From Utricularia gibba (Eukaryota; Plantae; Magnoliophyta), in assembly GCA_002189035.1 (NCBI GenBank), contig NEEC01000014.1, positions 2,852,001 to 2,916,000 of the forward strand: DNA of 64,000 nucleotides, read 5' to 3'. Positions 63,886 to 64,000 of this stretch are shown in pieces; the first letter of the stretch is position 1; every line of letters starts with the position of its first letter. The position numbers and the translations under genes were made by a program. Below the pieces are notes generated by a model. It was not told the origin of the DNA and searched no databases. It was given only the letters and a program-made list of their open reading frames with translations.

Positions 63886-64000
63886 CTATCACAAGAGATG
63901 GACATATTACAGCGCAAATTACGTGCATATAACTAATAATAGGAGGATTGCTATGTCAAAAAAAATACCTCTATTAACGCATAGCCTATTTTCTCATGTT

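Larger units (their letters stand above)
57769..64000. mobile_element. PIF/Harbinger element (right end beyond the window) with convergent Myb/SANT ORF and DDE transposase
   Basis: TAA (57766-57768) followed by TIR-like GGGCGCGTTTG; Myb/SANT ORF on +, DDE_Tnp_4-type transposase on -; about 4 kb of extra sequence between them. Confidence 0.8.

Overview
Angiosperm (probably eudicot) nuclear DNA: a few compact genes in AT-rich, transposon-derived sequence. Host genes: a 9-exon kinesin-10/KIF22-type motor with C-terminal HhH (+, 3561-5953), a type 2 metallothionein (-, 6253-6666), tRNA-Lys(CUU) (-, 12289-12361), a SIAMESE-related CDK inhibitor (+, 13393-13878), a Dof transcription factor (-, 35731-36864) with an intron inside the Dof domain and an apparent frameshift, and a cytosolic HSP70 (-, 48249-50691) with a perfect HSE. 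Intergenic space holds decayed Copia and Gypsy elements, five solo LTRs with 5-bp TSDs, two decayed hAT transposases, MITEs and a probable CACTA remnant. The most unusual part is 57769-64000: a PIF/Harbinger element whose convergent Myb/SANT ORF and DDE transposase enclose a spliced, decayed Transposase_28-like/FCP1-like phosphatase gene bracketed by arrays of ~37-bp hairpins and a 224-bp-arm inverted repeat. A second highlight is a hAT transposase (15507-17623) whose motifs look more like oomycete than typical plant hATs. All protein family calls are by motif recognition only; no database searches were run.
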